DNA of 59,596 nucleotides, the filler included, from Sphacelaria rigidula (taxonomy: Eukaryota), in the NCBI GenBank assembly GCA_964200075.2. It is 5 parts of 5 records of this genome, joined end to end, with 100 filler letters (N's around TTAATTAATTAA, not from the genome) between each part and the next. Parts side by side here need not be neighbours in the genome. Positions count along the whole stretch, not along the records: positions 1 to 11,841 come from CAXNAA020004435.1; positions 11,942 to 23,781 come from CAXNAA020004436.1; 3 more parts are not named here. One strand, 5' to 3'. The notes under the pieces were generated by a model. The model worked only from the letters and a program-made list of their open reading frames with translations. It was not told the origin of the DNA and made no database searches. Every line of letters starts with the position of its first letter. Position 1 is the first letter of the stretch. Shown here one piece after another: positions 1-13,890 of the stretch. The position numbers were made by a program, and so were the translations under genes.

Positions 1-2354
1 CCCCGTATTAATTTCCCACCACCTGCCCACCCTCCTTTTTTTTTTGGGGGTTTTTTATTTTTCTCCGCGGGGCCCCCCCCCCCCCCCCCCCCCCTCACCC
101 CCATTGGTTTCCGGAGGGCGGGCAGAATACAGAGTTCCTACACTTTTTTCAGGCCAAACACGGATTTCCTACGGCCCAGGCAGTGCCCACGCATGATGAT
201 TTTCCTTCCCGGGTAAGAAATTTGTGCAACTGCGACATGGTGGGGGAAACACAGTGACATGCGTAGCACCGTTCTTCACCCCCGTCTGACAACTTGGAGG
301 TTTTCGGACTGTGGTTCGCAAGGCAATCTGCGACGACACCCATTGGTTTCAGGTGTCTGATAATGTCTGGCAACCTGATGAGTAGGATTAATAATACGTC
401 CCACTTTCCCACTACCAAATTTGGGCTCACATAAAAACAGTGGGTCTGGTCTGCATTCCAATTTTCAGCACTGTCTAAATATTCCCATGAGACCAAGACG
501 GGAGAGAGTGGGGGACGGGAAGACCCGATAGATGTTCCACCCCTTGGCAACACTCTTTTGTTTTGGGAGTTGTCGGCGAACCATTGGCCCAGCGAGGGAA
601 GCTCATGGTATCCGAAAACTTTGGATGTCGCGAAATGGTCATCGTTTTCCGTGGTTGTTTCATACAGTATGTAGAGGTCGTGGTGATGTATTTGTCACCA
701 GTCAAGTCACGGTCACCATATTTTTTTTTCATTTCACCCTGTTTGGTGCTTGGTTGATTCCATGACCCGATCAGGAAGAGGAAACCGCTATGGCTAGTGC
801 TTTGGTTCGTACCTTAAGATACATGTATGGCATGAACTTGTTGCGGAACAGCACGTGTTTCAGTCGTGAAGATCTTTGCTGACACGGCCTGCTGCCTGGC
901 TGTACCTTCCAGAATAAACTGTCAAACACGCACCAAATCTGTATGCTACGGCACGGCACGACAGTAGCATCGACGCACAAGCACGTGAGTGATGAAAGGT
1001 TCGCCAGTGCTTCGGATTTGGAACGCTGAATGATTCATCAGTCAAGTACAAATGAGGACCGCATATTTCAAGAAACCCGCTGCAAAAGCTTCGAAATTTT
1101 ATCTGTGTGGGGGGGAGTGCTCCAGCTACAGGTAATTAAGCCTCCAGATTCAGCGTCCTTCCAACTGGGATTGAGTCAAGGGGGAAGAGTTCGTTGCTGT
1201 ACTCGAAGTGAGGGCGTGCGCTCGCTTTAGGAGATTTGATCAGAAATGAGGCGAGACAGAGACATCAAAGAGATGCGATGATGAAAAAAAAAGGTGAAAT
1301 GGGCTGGGTTGCGTGGTTGCCTGCGTATCACGCCATTCAGCGAAAACATTTCGTGCACGAGGTGACCCATGCAGCTGCCGCTTGAGTCAATCGAGTATAC
1401 ATGAGTTATTTACCACCATTGCCACAGATCATCGATGATGGTTCAGAAAATGTAATGGAGGTGGAGTGGAAATAAAAACTTGAGGATTCGTCCCCTCGCG
1501 CAGTCTGGCTTTGTTTTCGCGAGTTCCGAAGCATCGAGCAAGCACCATTTTGTTGAATCCCACCATGTTCACAAGATCAACATGGATCAGTCTATCATAT
1601 CACATCTCGTGTGAAAAAGTTCATTGGTTCGACGAATTTGCGGGAGAAGGAGGAACGCGTGTGCAGATCTTGTGAATGATCACTTACAAAAAGAAGCATT
1701 TGGAATCACTGCTAGGGGTATATTTTCCTCGGAGATTTTTCTCTACACAGCCCTTCGTGGTCAGAAACGTCTGAACGAAAATTCTGGCCACGACACATCA
1801 ATATTTGAGACGTCAGTGCGGCCTCTGGCGAAAGCCGCATTAGAAATCATACAGGCTGGGCCGCCTAAGAAGCTCACTTTCCTCCAGCCCGTTCTCACTG
1901 ACGATGTATCGCAAGTTGTGCCCACTATGACACATCGTGGTAATCGGCAAATCAGCGCGCGTCTTCAAATCCATGGAGCACTGCGATCCGACGAGGTCTC
2001 ATCAAACGAAATACCAAACTGTAGTCAAGTGCGAAAGTGTAGAGAGGGTAGAGAGTTGACGGTACCATGTGCGACGGAATAAGACAAAATAAAACGGCTG
2101 AAATTGGATTTTCGGTTACAGTCGGTTGTGCCGCGTGGTGCCGCACAAGCTGCGATCGTACAAGAACACGTGTTGCACTAGGCGCGCAGTATCCAAGGTG
2201 GCACGCGGACGAGGCCCCCAGCGCGCCAAGGCATCTGATAGTAGTGTGTGAACCAACGAGCAGTTTGTGAAGACCTGCGAGCCGAAAGTAGAAGAAGACA
2301 AGTCAAACGCGAACTTCCGGCTGAGGTTCCATCTCCACAGGGGACTCGGATTTC

Positions 2355-3010
2355 GAGAGAATGACGCAATTCCCGATCTCAATTTTCGGTCGTTTCCGAT
2401 GAAATTTTGACATGATGTACAGGACGTATGTGCGAGCACCCCTTCGTTCCAGCCGTGTTTTTTTTCCTTCGTGTGTCATTGACGACGGAACATTTCAGAA
2501 CAGTTTTTCGAAACAAAATTGCCAATAAATCACGTAGAAAGAAAAAACATCCAGGGGGGGGGTAAGAGGTCTTCGCACATACGTCTTGTACATGGTTGTC
2601 GAAATTTCGTCGAAAAGAACTTGAAATTGAACAGCATAATTGCGTTTGAATTATTCGTGGCTGATCCATCTCCATATACTATAGGAACCGCTTCACGACA
2701 GAATGACGCGAGTCTCGAGCTCAATTTCAAGTCGTTTTTGATTAAATTCTGGCACGACGTACAGGACGTACATGCAAAGACCCTCAACCCCCCCTCCCCT
2801 GTTTTATTCATTTATTCTTCGTTGATTATTGTCGATTTTGTTCCGAAAATAACTGTTGTGAAATGTTCCGTCGCCAAAAACTCACGAAGAAAAAAAGAGA
2901 AAAACACGGCGGGGGGGATCATCAGGTTCTTCGCATATACGTCCTGTACATCATGTCAGACTTCCATCAAAAACTACTCAAAATTGAGCTCAAGAATCGC
3001 TTGTCAACAA
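2355..3010. mobile_element. Two inverted copies of a ~300-bp fold-back/MITE-like element
   Basis: A ~85-bp arm (..TCAATTT..AAATT..CATGATGTACAGGACGTA..GC) occurs direct at ~2360-2440 and ~2700-2785 and inverted at ~2565-2645 and ~2925-3005. The central segment of unit 2 is the reverse complement of that of unit 1. Confidence 0.7.
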
Positions 3011-3869
3011 TCCTGTTCGCATCTTGGTCGGCCCAGCCTGTATGGAGCTTCTTCCTCGCCCCACCATCCACGTTTCATGGATTCTTCCAGGATCCCGAAT
3101 CAAGCCCCCGTTCCTCCAGGACTCACGAGGGAATGAGATGGGTTGGATCAAAGGTACCACCACACACGAAAGTCTCGTGAAATATAGCATCGTAGCTTAC
3201 GCGGTACCTTCGGCCAGGGAAGCGACGCAAAAAGAATAGCGTCGATGTGTTGATGCGTTGATGCCGACGATTGACGTCTGAAGAAGTTCAATTAGCTGCG
3301 CGCTGGCGTTTAAAAGTAACCTGTGGCCCTGTGACGGCCCTCGCGAGGAGCAGGTTTTTCCTTTCATTTTTGGTCTTGGACGCCTTGACTTGCTGGCTTC
3401 GAAAAATAGCACGGCTGTATCCTACGCGCCACCGGCGAGCGAATCTTGACCGCAACAGTACCCCAGACTCAAAACCAACTGCGAGGCGCGCTATTATGGC
3501 ACAGTTGGTGTGTTATTGCTAGTGGTTGATGTCTGAAAGGGCTTCATAAGCTGCGCGCCGGTGTGCAAAAGAAGTGCGTTTTGCTCACACACGTCGTGTT
3601 CTTCTGAGCGCTTTCTCGGAGTTCACGTGACTTACGGTCGTTTTATTTATTTTATTTGATTGTCGCACTTCAGCTGACCACAGGAGTCCAGCCGTGGTCG
3701 CATGATAAACGTACCCAAGACACAGCAAAACTGAAACACTCGCATGAGAAAAAGAATAAATAGAAGAAGGTAGAGTAGAGGAAACGACATTACAGACCAA
3801 GACGTACAAAAAAAAAAAATCAGGAAATAATGAAATAAAAAAAAAATAAAGCACAGAAAGAAATGGCTG

Positions 3870-4245
3870 GTCTCTGTGACCCAATCGTATGCATCGTTAA
3901 CCTCGACATTGTAGACGAACCATTTCCGTCGTGCTCCCCTGTTCGGAACAGTCTCCAGTGGACGTGAATTCTCCTGGAGGTTTTCCCCCCATTGCCTTGG
4001 GGGGCGGCCCGCCTCCTTGGGTCCTCGTGCGGTCAACCGTCCGTTTATGATGCGTTTAGCAAGGCGTGTTTCCTTCTGCCGGACAAGGTTCCGGCAAACC
4101 AGAGTTAACGTTCGCGAATAGTAATCTCGATACGTTCGCAGTTGGTCACTTTGAGCACCGCTCTGTTCGAAAGAGTCTTGTAGGCATTCCGATATTTCCT
4201 GCGGAATCCAATCATTCGCAGCAAAAGCTTGTGCCGGGTAAATAC
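3870..4245 (-). mobile_element. Degenerate 3' fragment of an RTE-like non-LTR retrotransposon ORF
   Basis: The minus strand reads HKLLLRMIGFRRKYRNAYKTLSNRAVLKVTNCERIEITIRER, then after a frameshift LVRQKETRLAKRIINGRL..GRPPRQW. This matches the conserved RTE C-terminal pattern (R.R.L.W.G...R....RL.KR...G.L....GRP...W). Confidence 0.75.
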
Positions 4246-4917
4246 AACGCACAATGATCGATAATCAATTATCAAATGTGCCTTATATATATGAACAAAA
4301 CTGCATACTCGCCTGCCTGTACTGATTGTCTGAAGCCATGCAATGTGGCTGTCTAGTGTCGTTGTTGCGTATAACATGCAAGACTGAGGAAAGACAGCTC
4401 CCGTAACATACATCGTGGTTGATAAGGGCTACAGATTTGGTGCATTGACCGCTGTCCACATATGTGTGTCGTGATATCCGGTGGGTGCAGGCATAAAAAT
4501 ATTGAGTCAGCTTAAACTGGCACCTGAAAAAAACGACCATTTTTTTTCAAGTAACCATGATATCAGTCCATATTGCATATTGTAGTGTACTCATGATCTG
4601 TTGCACGTTATGATCTCCACCATCTTATGCGGACGAAAATGGTATAGCCATGCCATATGCAAAGGCGTGCCCTGAATCAACGCGCGATGCTCCCTCGCGT
4701 CACCGTCAAAATTCAGCATTTCCCAGAGGAATATCGATCGTTCCGATTCGCAGTGACCCAAAAGCCCAACATTGTTTGTGTATTTTTCACCACTCATATG
4801 GGGTGCGACACGTGTGGCGAGGAGAGGGATCGCGATTCGATGCTGACATGCATGTTTTATGCCTATGGTAACCCGCTGCCAAACGACCCCTACCGATGAT
4901 GGTTTATTTGATGACAG

Positions 4918-7900
4918 ACATTCGATGGTGGCGAGAACTGGGGTGTGCGCACGTTCGGCAACCTGGACGAGGAGGAGGAGATCAACTACCGATTCCAGAA
5001 GGTGGGTAATATGTGGTGAATCCAGAGAGCATGAAAAGACGATACCCTCGGACGAGGAGTCCCGCACTACTGCAGAGTATATTTTCAGTGCCCTGCGATA
5101 CTCGCGTATACTCGAATAGAAATAGAAATAAAATGGAATAGAGGGGTTCGGAAGCCCGTCCATAACAATGGCGAATACACCGAATTTATCCCCAAGCGTC
5201 GCAACCCATCATTTCTCGACAGCATGTATCCGATGCACTGCACCACAACAGTACAAGTCATGGGAATTACCTGGTGTGCGATAAATCTACAACCTCAGCC
5301 CGACAAAAAATGCAAATTGACACCGTGTCATTCAGCCATCTCATCACCTGTTACATTTAGTGTAAAGTACTGGACGCCTGAGCTATTTTTGTTCACAAGT
5401 TTTTTTTCTCGCGTCCATCTTTCGATACAACTCCAAAGTGCTAGCGCGGTAGATTTTGGTGACATGAACTAATCGTTTCTTTCCATCAGTGCCCAAGTTA
5501 GTGTCGGTTGGTTTTATTGGGCGGTACGAGTAGATACCCCGTTCATCAGGAGGGTGTTCATTGACCGTGAAACAGGTTTTCGGCTCTAGTGCAAAAAGTA
5601 CGTGAAATGAAAGAAAAAAGTGTACATATATTCACAAACACGATCGGGGCAGACTCGATTGACCGAAAATACCCGAAAGGCAGAATCTGGGCTACAACGT
5701 GCCAGGACCCCCCATGACTGGTCAGCCCGTAAGTCATTCAACATTGAGTACAGATGTTTTTTTTTCCTTGAAATGTGAAGCGGATACAAGTAGCTTGAGA
5801 ATCCCACCGTGATGAGCGGTGGCAAGCGAAAAAGCCTAAGAAAAGTCAATTACGAAGAAATTACGAAATGAAAAGTTCGGGCGCCCAGTACTGTAGTCTT
5901 TCCTGATAATTTCTTGAAATATGTCTTGCTCTCCCCCGGAAAACCTTTTCCGGCGCGATCATGTTGAAGACTACCATAAGCCATCTGCGGATGACCAGTA
6001 ACAGAGCTCCAGTTCATGATGCTCTTGTATCCTTATTTTGTCATATGAATGGGACACGTTTTGCTTCTTCATACGACGTGGTTAACCTGCGTGTGCGCCC
6101 GAGAAGGATACGTCAATCTCATGTTCGTACCAACGGCGCCGCGTTCCGATTCACCTACTCAGGTTTCGATGTACAAGGACGAAATTTTCATCGTCGGGAA
6201 ACCTCCCATTCTACTCCACAGCAAGGACTCGGGGAAAAGCTGGGAGCGTGTACCTCTCTCGCCTAAGGTGGGTTACCAGAAGACGTCGGTTCAGCAGAGA
6301 TCGTCGTGTGGCCACAGGGACGACGTTCATGGTGTGACTTTGAAGACCTGCTTTATTCGATAGATATATGGAGATGTTGATGGGCATACTGTATGCACTG
6401 CAAAACGCTTGCGGTTGATTCCAGTGGAGCGACTGCACAACGGGAACGTCATGGGGCAGATTGTGAGGGTGGCATGCGATGTTGCCATTAGTATCAAGAA
6501 TCGATGGTGAAAGCGAAAGTAACCTCAAGCTCCGTTCCCTTCGTGTATCCTGCGTTCTCAACGTATGTCGATCAACTAGCTTCCCGGAGAGCCTTCCAAC
6601 ATCGTGGCAATGGGTGACGCGAAGGCAGAGATGACGACGTCATCTGGTGCTATTTACTACACCAAAAATGCCGGCATGAACTGGTCGGCTCAGGTGTGTG
6701 CTACACGTCGACCCATTTGTAAATGAGGCGAAGGCGAGCTGCTTGTGCTCCCTCACCTCGAGGCGGTGTCGTATCCATTCCTCGAGTGCTTAGAGATGAA
6801 CCGAGAGACGATTTGTCTCAGAGTTAGCAGCAAGTTAACTTTTTTCAGCACCAAATTCCCTTCCCCGCCATTACCGCCGCAGGTGAAAGAGACTGTAGAC
6901 GCAACCCTCAACCGCATTTCTTCGAGTGGGGTCAGTGGCGCGAGCTACTTTACTGGTTCGATTATTGGAACCACCAGGTGGGTTTTGTTCCCCGCTCGAA
7001 CAATTACGATAATCTTGGATCCTGTTCGCACTGTTTTCCCCCAGTGTATAGTCATGATCCGTTGTGTAGGGGCCGCGTTGCTGAACCTCTGGGATCGTAC
7101 CCTCCTATCCCGCGCCAGACGCCTCGTTACTCACAGAGGCCCGTGGTTGCGACATGGCAGGAGAAGCATCAACAGCCTCGTGGGATGCGTACACAAAGCA
7201 AGCACCCCGCTGTGGTCCTTGGCACTTTCGTTCAACCGTAGAATGCTCGGAGTAAGCGAGGTCGATTGTAATGATTTACAACGAATTGTAAAATCTAGTG
7301 AATTACCTCATGTACAAATTGTGAAATTTATTGGTCCCAGTTCCCTAGTGCAGCACGTTACATTTGCGTCGTGACTCTTCGCACGGTCTCTGCTGTGCTG
7401 CACCGTAGTGTAATGAGCAGTACGCATTTGCAACAATGGCCACATGAGCAAGCAAACCACTCTCGATGTTGCAACGCAGTCGAGGCATGCTCTGTTGTGC
7501 ACGCTGCGGTCTCTTCTCACTCACATCTATATGAGTCGCAACGTGCGTTGTTGTACTGTCCACATGTGCATCACCATTAGCTATGTTAACACACGGCTCG
7601 GTTTGGGCCTCATGGGTATGTTTATTTTGTTGATCAAGTAAATGCCGCTGATGCTGCTAGTCCTGTGGGTGTTGCTCGTCAATTCCCGCTTGCTGAAAAG
7701 GATGTGAGGTTTCGGCAGTGAGTGAAGGGTTACAAAGTACCATATATCCTATACGGCATGCACATATGTTTTGGTTGTGCTGCCTGCATCGTTTTGCTGA
7801 GAATGGGTTGCGGTCAATGCGCAAAACAAACAAATTCAGTAACAAAAATGTGCCTGTCAAAGTCGAAGCTCGTTTGACCCCATTGAAGGCCGCAGCATCC

Positions 7901-9607
7901 ATGAGGCTACCACGAGGAATGAAAGAACCACTGTCACCAGTACAGCACAGCGCCTCTTGTCGGTAGTCTTCACGTCTTTCGCACAGACTGTTGGCCTGTA
8001 TCGCTGGATGTTTTGGTGGGTATACGCTTGAAGGAGGGTACTGCGTGAGGGTGCGCTGCTGACTGTTGTGTATCTGCTTGTCCTGTCGCACGTTGCACTG
8101 GCGTATTGATGCAAGAGACAACAAAGTGGCCGATCGTAGTTTCCATTTTCACACTTTCCACGTGTGCGGGGGTTCGACAATGGCAGTCACTTATCTTTGC
8201 GAAATTATTGAAAGAAAAGGAAGGAATAACCATGCCTGGATGAAGAGGCGTCGAGGTCCTGAGTTTTCAAAGGGGTCAAGTTGACTCCTTCCTCCCTTGC
8301 CAGCGGTACATGGGGAGAAACGAATTCAAGGTGGCGGAGAGATCGGTTGTTCTTGAACTGAACCCGAGTTTTCTCTCGTCATGCATGCTCGCTACAGGGC
8401 TGATGATGGGTCATACCTGGCCGTGTCATCCCGCGGTAACTTTTACCTTACGTGGGCGCCAGGACAGGACTTCTGGATTCCGCACAACCGGTGAGCACAC
8501 TATTTTTACTGTGCATGGGAACAAACAGGTTTACGAAGCACTCCTGGGTTTAGATGAACCAATCGTACTCGTCGCTTGTTGGGATTGACATGTAGTCATG
8601 CCGCGTGTTTGTTTGTTTCGGCAAATGACTGACTTCATCCGTCGACTGCATACACCAGGGGAACTTCTCGCCGAATCCAAAACATGGGGTTTGTGAAAGG
8701 AAACGCGGCCGATGGACTGTGGATGACTCTTAACGGCGGGACAATGGCACTGTCGAAACAAGCGGCGGAGGGCACCACTGACCCAGAATTTGGTGACGTT
8801 GCGATCAAGTCGGGCGGCTACGGAATCATCGACGTGGCGTGGAAGGTATGGCAACTGACACGAATTGCACCACCGACCCATCTCGCGAAGTATACCGGAG
8901 TCAGTCTTCGGGATTGAAAAGACACTGGTATCCCCGTGTGCATGCGGAAAGGCAGCCGGCTTGACTTTCTCGTCGGCGCATCGAGCGTGTGATGGCGAAG
9001 CCCAAGTGCTGCGTCCGGTCTGCGTTGTGTCTGTACTGCGGATGGTTGCGTTCATGCTCCTTTCCTCTATTTTCGGTCATTGGTGTGCAACAGGACGATA
9101 ACGAGGTCTGGGCCGTCGGTGGTGGCGGGAGCCTGTGGTACTCGACCGATTCAGGGAAGTCGTTCAAGTTTAGTTCTGGCGCGACCAATATCGGGGCGAA
9201 TCTTTACGACGTGAAATTCTTCGGCGGAGATAAGGGCTTCGCGATCGGCTCTGATGGCGTGCTTCTGAAGTGAGTTCCGGGACTCCATGCCTTCCACCCC
9301 AGCTCCTGCTGTTCTCCATTGGTTGCCTGATGGATAAGTATCAACAGTGTTGACGTCAAGCGAGGAAAAGATGGCGCACCCGCGTGTGCGTTCGGTGCCG
9401 CTCACCTCAAGAACTGTCGTGACTTGTGTGCAGTTTCATATTTCCGCGAGGCGAGTTGCACTATGTGAATGGATCCTCCCCACAGACCGACCGTATTATC
9501 TCGCTGTTCGGGGAAGTGCATGCAATTTTACTCGTGTTTCAACACTAAATGTCATTATCCGCCTTCCCTGTTCTCGCCAACACAGGTACATTCCGGGCCA
9601 ATTATGA
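4918..9607 (+). CDS. HCF136: Photosystem II stability/assembly factor HCF136/Ycf48, nuclear-encoded, 5'-partial, 8 exons
   Basis: GT-AG, phase-consistent exons: 4918-5001, 6163-6267, 6580-6693, 6883-6977, 8398-8490, 8659-8845, 9094-9269, 9586-9607 (TGA). They splice to [197 protein letters not shown]. These are hallmark Ycf48 motifs with BNR/Asp-box repeats. I did not find the 5' exons. Confidence 0.96.
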
Positions 9608-11730
9608 TCTTCCGTCGCTTACCGTGTTATGGAGATACAGCAGTAAAATAGGGGCTTGGTGGACAAGGACCTTATGCAGCTGACACTGTGGGAGGCGATG
9701 GAGTGGCCTGACCTAGGATGTGTTCTTCGTGTTAGGAAATAGTGCAGCAGGGCAGGGTATAAAATGTATGTTTAGACTTCCAACGGCTCCAGGCCACATA
9801 GACGGAGGCAGGCACATTTGTTTTGGCTGATCGGGCGAGTTGCGGTTTTCAATTCGCGTACTAAATAGGCTACTCTTTACACTGCGCGTAAGGCAGCGGC
9901 GTGACATCTTCCGACCGCCTACGGTGCCCTTTGTGCGTCAGTTTCGTGTGGTCAACGAATGCATGTGCTTGGTTCCTCCGCTTGACCAGGTTGTGTTCGC
10001 ATAGTAAGTGACGATCAGTGGTATTGAATCGCACCACGTTGTCCAAAAATGTCTCGTGCTTTTACACGTTGATTATGGAATGTGCAGATAATCTCTGTGC
10101 GGGTTCGACCATCTTTCGAGTTTTGGTTATGCGGGAAGCAGATGATGTAGTCTACCATCCCCGAGCTTTTACATCTCATTCACCGAAATGAATGGTTGAA
10201 AACATTTGGCACAGCAGAGCTTGCGTTCAGAGACACTGTAGTTCTTCGGCTGCTCCTTTTTTTTTCTTTTTTCGTAGGTCCCCTGAAATACGAATTGCGC
10301 GACAAACAACATACTGCAATGTTTATATCCTGTGGCAACTTGTTTTCCTAAACCGCGTTTCAGGTAATATTGCGACACTCTGTCGTCTCGAATTTATTTC
10401 AGCGCGATGTCTGCCTGACATCGTTTCTGTTGTTGTGTGCAACGTCGTGTAGGTCTTGCGGGCAATTTATCGTGCCGACTCTCGTGTAAGGACAGCGAGA
10501 ACGTACATACTGCCAATAATGTATTCAAGCGAAGATCCGCCCAAGGTTTACGGTGGTAAGGTTCGAAGTACGTGATGAGGATGTCGAATGTCACATAAAC
10601 GGCACCAAGGGTATACCGATGATGACTTGACTTTTTCTCAGGTTGCACGAATATTGATTCGTCTGAAAATCACTTGCTTCAAGTGAAACTGGTTCGTACG
10701 GTGTATGGGTCAATCCTCGGGCTTTATTTTCAGCGTTGTACCTCAAGTACGCGTACCCCAGGCACGTGGAATAGCGCAATTTTTTCGTGTAGATTTTTCG
10801 ATCCGTGATGAACGTTCCTTCTTTTTTTCGAGCAATCAGGCCACATAATTCGTAGATTTGATGATTCGAAGCAGCGATGATTCGATTATTCGTCCGACCT
10901 TTTCGATTTTTCACGAAATCTGTGACGTAACTAGCAATGAAAATTCATCACGAGAGCGCCTGCGGAATTTGACCCGGTTAACCCTTTGACGGCCAGGGTG
11001 GGCGATCTAGGTTTTGCCATCCACTTTTCAAGTCAAATTGCCGATTCGACAGATTAGTTCGCCCTGGTGGTCAATGAAGTTATTACGTCGAAAGTACCCA
11101 CACTATCTACAGTCCCAGTTGAGACAAACCCATGCGACAACAACACTTGATTTCCGAACAGAAGTCCCGTTGTTATACTCGGTGTTGCTGGTGATGGCTT
11201 TCGGCTTGCAATTCGCACCTCTCCTCTTGATTTCAGGCCTCAACTCTCAAATCATTCACGAAAGATGCTTGGTCGGTAGGGACGTGCATCGGGTATCAGC
11301 CGATCGATATATTGTAGTCGTGCCACATCATGAATCATACCATGCTATCTTCGGTGCTTGTAATACAGGAAAATGGGAAATTAGCCTTCTAATAGTGACG
11401 TATAACGATACCAAGTATCATATCAGGCCGGATTTGGAGCCTGATGCATATATGATCCTCGTCAGTTGATAACTTCCGTCGATGTCGGCAAACTTTATTG
11501 GTTTTAGCTTGGTTTCGGTTCATTTACTGGCATATCGGCAACAATATAATCTCAAATACAGGGATGGGACGGGGCCGCCAATTGGCGGCCCCGTCCTCCA
11601 CGATAGGCGTGGAAAGGTGGTAATTTAATTTGGGAGATGGTGAAGGTAATGACTTCTACCGAGAGGTTGAACCACACAATCGATGTGTGTTTCGGTTATG
11701 AAAGTGTGTTATATGTGATGGGGTTAGTTT

Positions 11731-11775
11731 ACCACTTGGGATGGTGAGAAATTTCTCAGAAACTTTGACTTCGAA
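11731..11775 (+). mobile_element. Terminal inverted repeat of the MITE family seen complete at 45933-46258 (partner end not in this contig)
   Basis: ACCACTTGGGATGGTGAGAAATTTCTCAGA is identical to 45933-45962. Confidence 0.7.
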
Positions 11776-11841
11776 TACAACACTAAGGGCCTGTCTTAAC
11801 GAAGGGGATAATCCCCTTTTTCAAAATCCCCTTTTTGAAAA

Positions 11842-11941
11842 NNNNNNNNNNNNNNNNNNNNNNNNNNNNNNNNNNNNNNNNNNNNTTAATTAATTAANNN
11901 NNNNNNNNNNNNNNNNNNNNNNNNNNNNNNNNNNNNNNNNN
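11842..11941. other. Artificial contig-joining linker (N44-TTAATTAATTAA-N44)
   Basis: The same 100-nt spacer with a six-frame-stop core occurs four times. The pieces between them measure 11841, 11840, 11840, 11838 and 11837 nt, i.e. size-sorted contigs. Confidence 0.98.
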
Positions 11942-12927
11942 GTATCGCCACTTCCAGAGACACCCACAGCTTTTACACTGTATCATGGGTGTCTAACCGG
12001 GGAGGGAGGGGGGGGGGGGGTCACTTGAACGCGGTATCCAAGTAGTGCAAGCAAAAAGTTACGCACGTCGGACAGCTCATGAGCTACCTGAATATTCTTG
12101 TTTGTGTACTGATCCGGATCATGAGCTAGCTCATTTGGCTCCTTATTCTACACTTGCTCCCTACAGAGGTGGACACCGAGCACACCGAGCAACTTTAGGG
12201 TGGCGTCTCGGCTGCTCGGACCCCGCTGTCACGTATTTTGTGTTCTTGATCAACAGGTCTGGGAGTCCTTCGATATGAGCTGTCCGACGCGTAAAAATTG
12301 ACCCATCTTGAAGCGGGAGTCAGCCTTGAAGTGGCCTGGGCCTCACTTACTGTAGTACAGACAGAAACATACTTCCGCCGGCGTAATGCGCCTCCCCCCA
12401 TCCCCCTCCGGAAAGGAATACATTTTGAACACTCGGACCGTCGGGGGGGGGGGTATGGTCTGTTGAATCGGCATCATTTTCTCTCGAAAAATAGACGCAA
12501 GACCGGCATGACCCACACTGGCGGTCACACCACGGAACCCCTTGACCGCCAGACGGGTCATTTCAGCCACATGTGAATTTTAGGATACAAAATGACGTCG
12601 ATTAGACAGATCACTGACCCTGGCCGCCAAACTATTGAACTAGGGGTAGCACTACGCTCTCGGTGAAAAGGTCAACACAATGCAATCCTCTCCCCACCCG
12701 AAACAAACTCAAAGCATTGACTGCAATCATCACTTGTTGACCCCAAATCGCCGAAGCTATTCATCTATTGAATCGGCATTGTGGCCAATCAATCAATCAA
12801 TCAATGGTCACAGACATGTTTGTTCCCCCGTTTACGCCGAAAAAGGTCGAGGCACGCGGGTCCACGCGGGTCCAAAACGGTCGAACCTCGTCCAAAATAT
12901 GTACTATCGGTGGTGGACGTACAGTAC

Positions 12928-13022
12928 CTTCCATCCAACGATAAGGATCCGCCACGGTCTCTCCGAAGTATTCATCGGTGTGATCGCTGCGACGTGCCCG
13001 GGGTGCTTGCTTTCGGCGCCTA
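12928..13022 (-). CDS. Exon of a prolyl oligopeptidase (S9A family), N-terminal region; gene partial
   Basis: Translates RRKQAPRARRSDHTDEYFGETVADPYRWME, matching the POP N-terminal signature (P.ARR.D..D.Y.G..V.DPYRW.E). It is flanked by CAG/TAG acceptor options (13022 or 13019) and a G|GTAC donor. I could not identify downstream exons inside this contig. Confidence 0.85.
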
Positions 13023-13547
13023 CTGTATATGGCGCGGGCAACCAAGAACCCCCCGACTGCAACGGTCGTCCCCGCCTGTATTTTTTCAAGTTTCAGTTTG
13101 TAAGATCCACATTTGGAGGGACGAAGGAAGAATGATTTTGAGAGCGGACATCAACAGCATTCGGTGCAACTGCCTTACGCCACTGGCACGTAGCATTACT
13201 AGGTGACGTGAAAAAATACTGTCCACGTATACGATTTGTGCTGAGCCTCGTAGGTGCGAGAGCGCACGACGACCGAGCAAGTGTCGTGCGTTGCTCTCTG
13301 GTTTCTGATGTGTACCGAAAGACCCAGATGCTGTGGTCGGCAGCCCTTGATATCATGTTCGAGCTAATATTTTCTGGACGGCGGTATTGCTCCCACGACA
13401 CCGGTACATGTACATCGTCGGGAACATCTTGTTGAGAACTGCCGGGCCTATAACTGCCTACTCCTTTGGCGGTGTCAAGGGCTTTTGCCGGTGGATGAAA
13501 TTGATTTAGGAAAATGGCATTAGGGCTACTCATTCTCTTGCCTGCCG

Positions 13548-13890
13548 TAGTCATGTGACCATTGACCTCGCATCCCCACAAAGCCGGAACGGAGTACGCC
13601 GGGTTTTCGTATGACAGTGGCATCAGGGGGGGGGAGGGGCGGACTCATTTGTTGGTTGCCTTAGTCATTTGACCATTGACCACGCATCCCTTTCGAGACG
13701 GAGCAACAGGGGGGTGCGATAATCCTGGTTTGTACTGTATGTTGTGGTTTGCAGGGTATGTGAGAAAATAAGAGTCCTTCTGTGGCGTGGCCGTGGTGGC
13801 AAGGTTTACGCGATGTCGGCAGTAGATCATTGACCTTGCATCCCTACAAAGTCGAGACGGAGTACGCCGGATTTTCGCCCCACCAGTATC
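13548..13890 (+). repeat. Three degenerate local copies of a dispersed repeat
   Basis: CATTGACCTCGCATCCC(T/C)ACAAAG.CG..ACGGAGTACGCCGG.TTTTCG-like unit at ~13555, ~13670 and ~13825, and a further copy at 47628-47659 in another contig. Confidence 0.7.

Noticed and set aside
149..980. Short minus-strand ORFs at the start of contig 1, or missing HCF136 5' exons
   Set aside because: I found no Ycf48 N-terminal motifs or other recognisable family signature.
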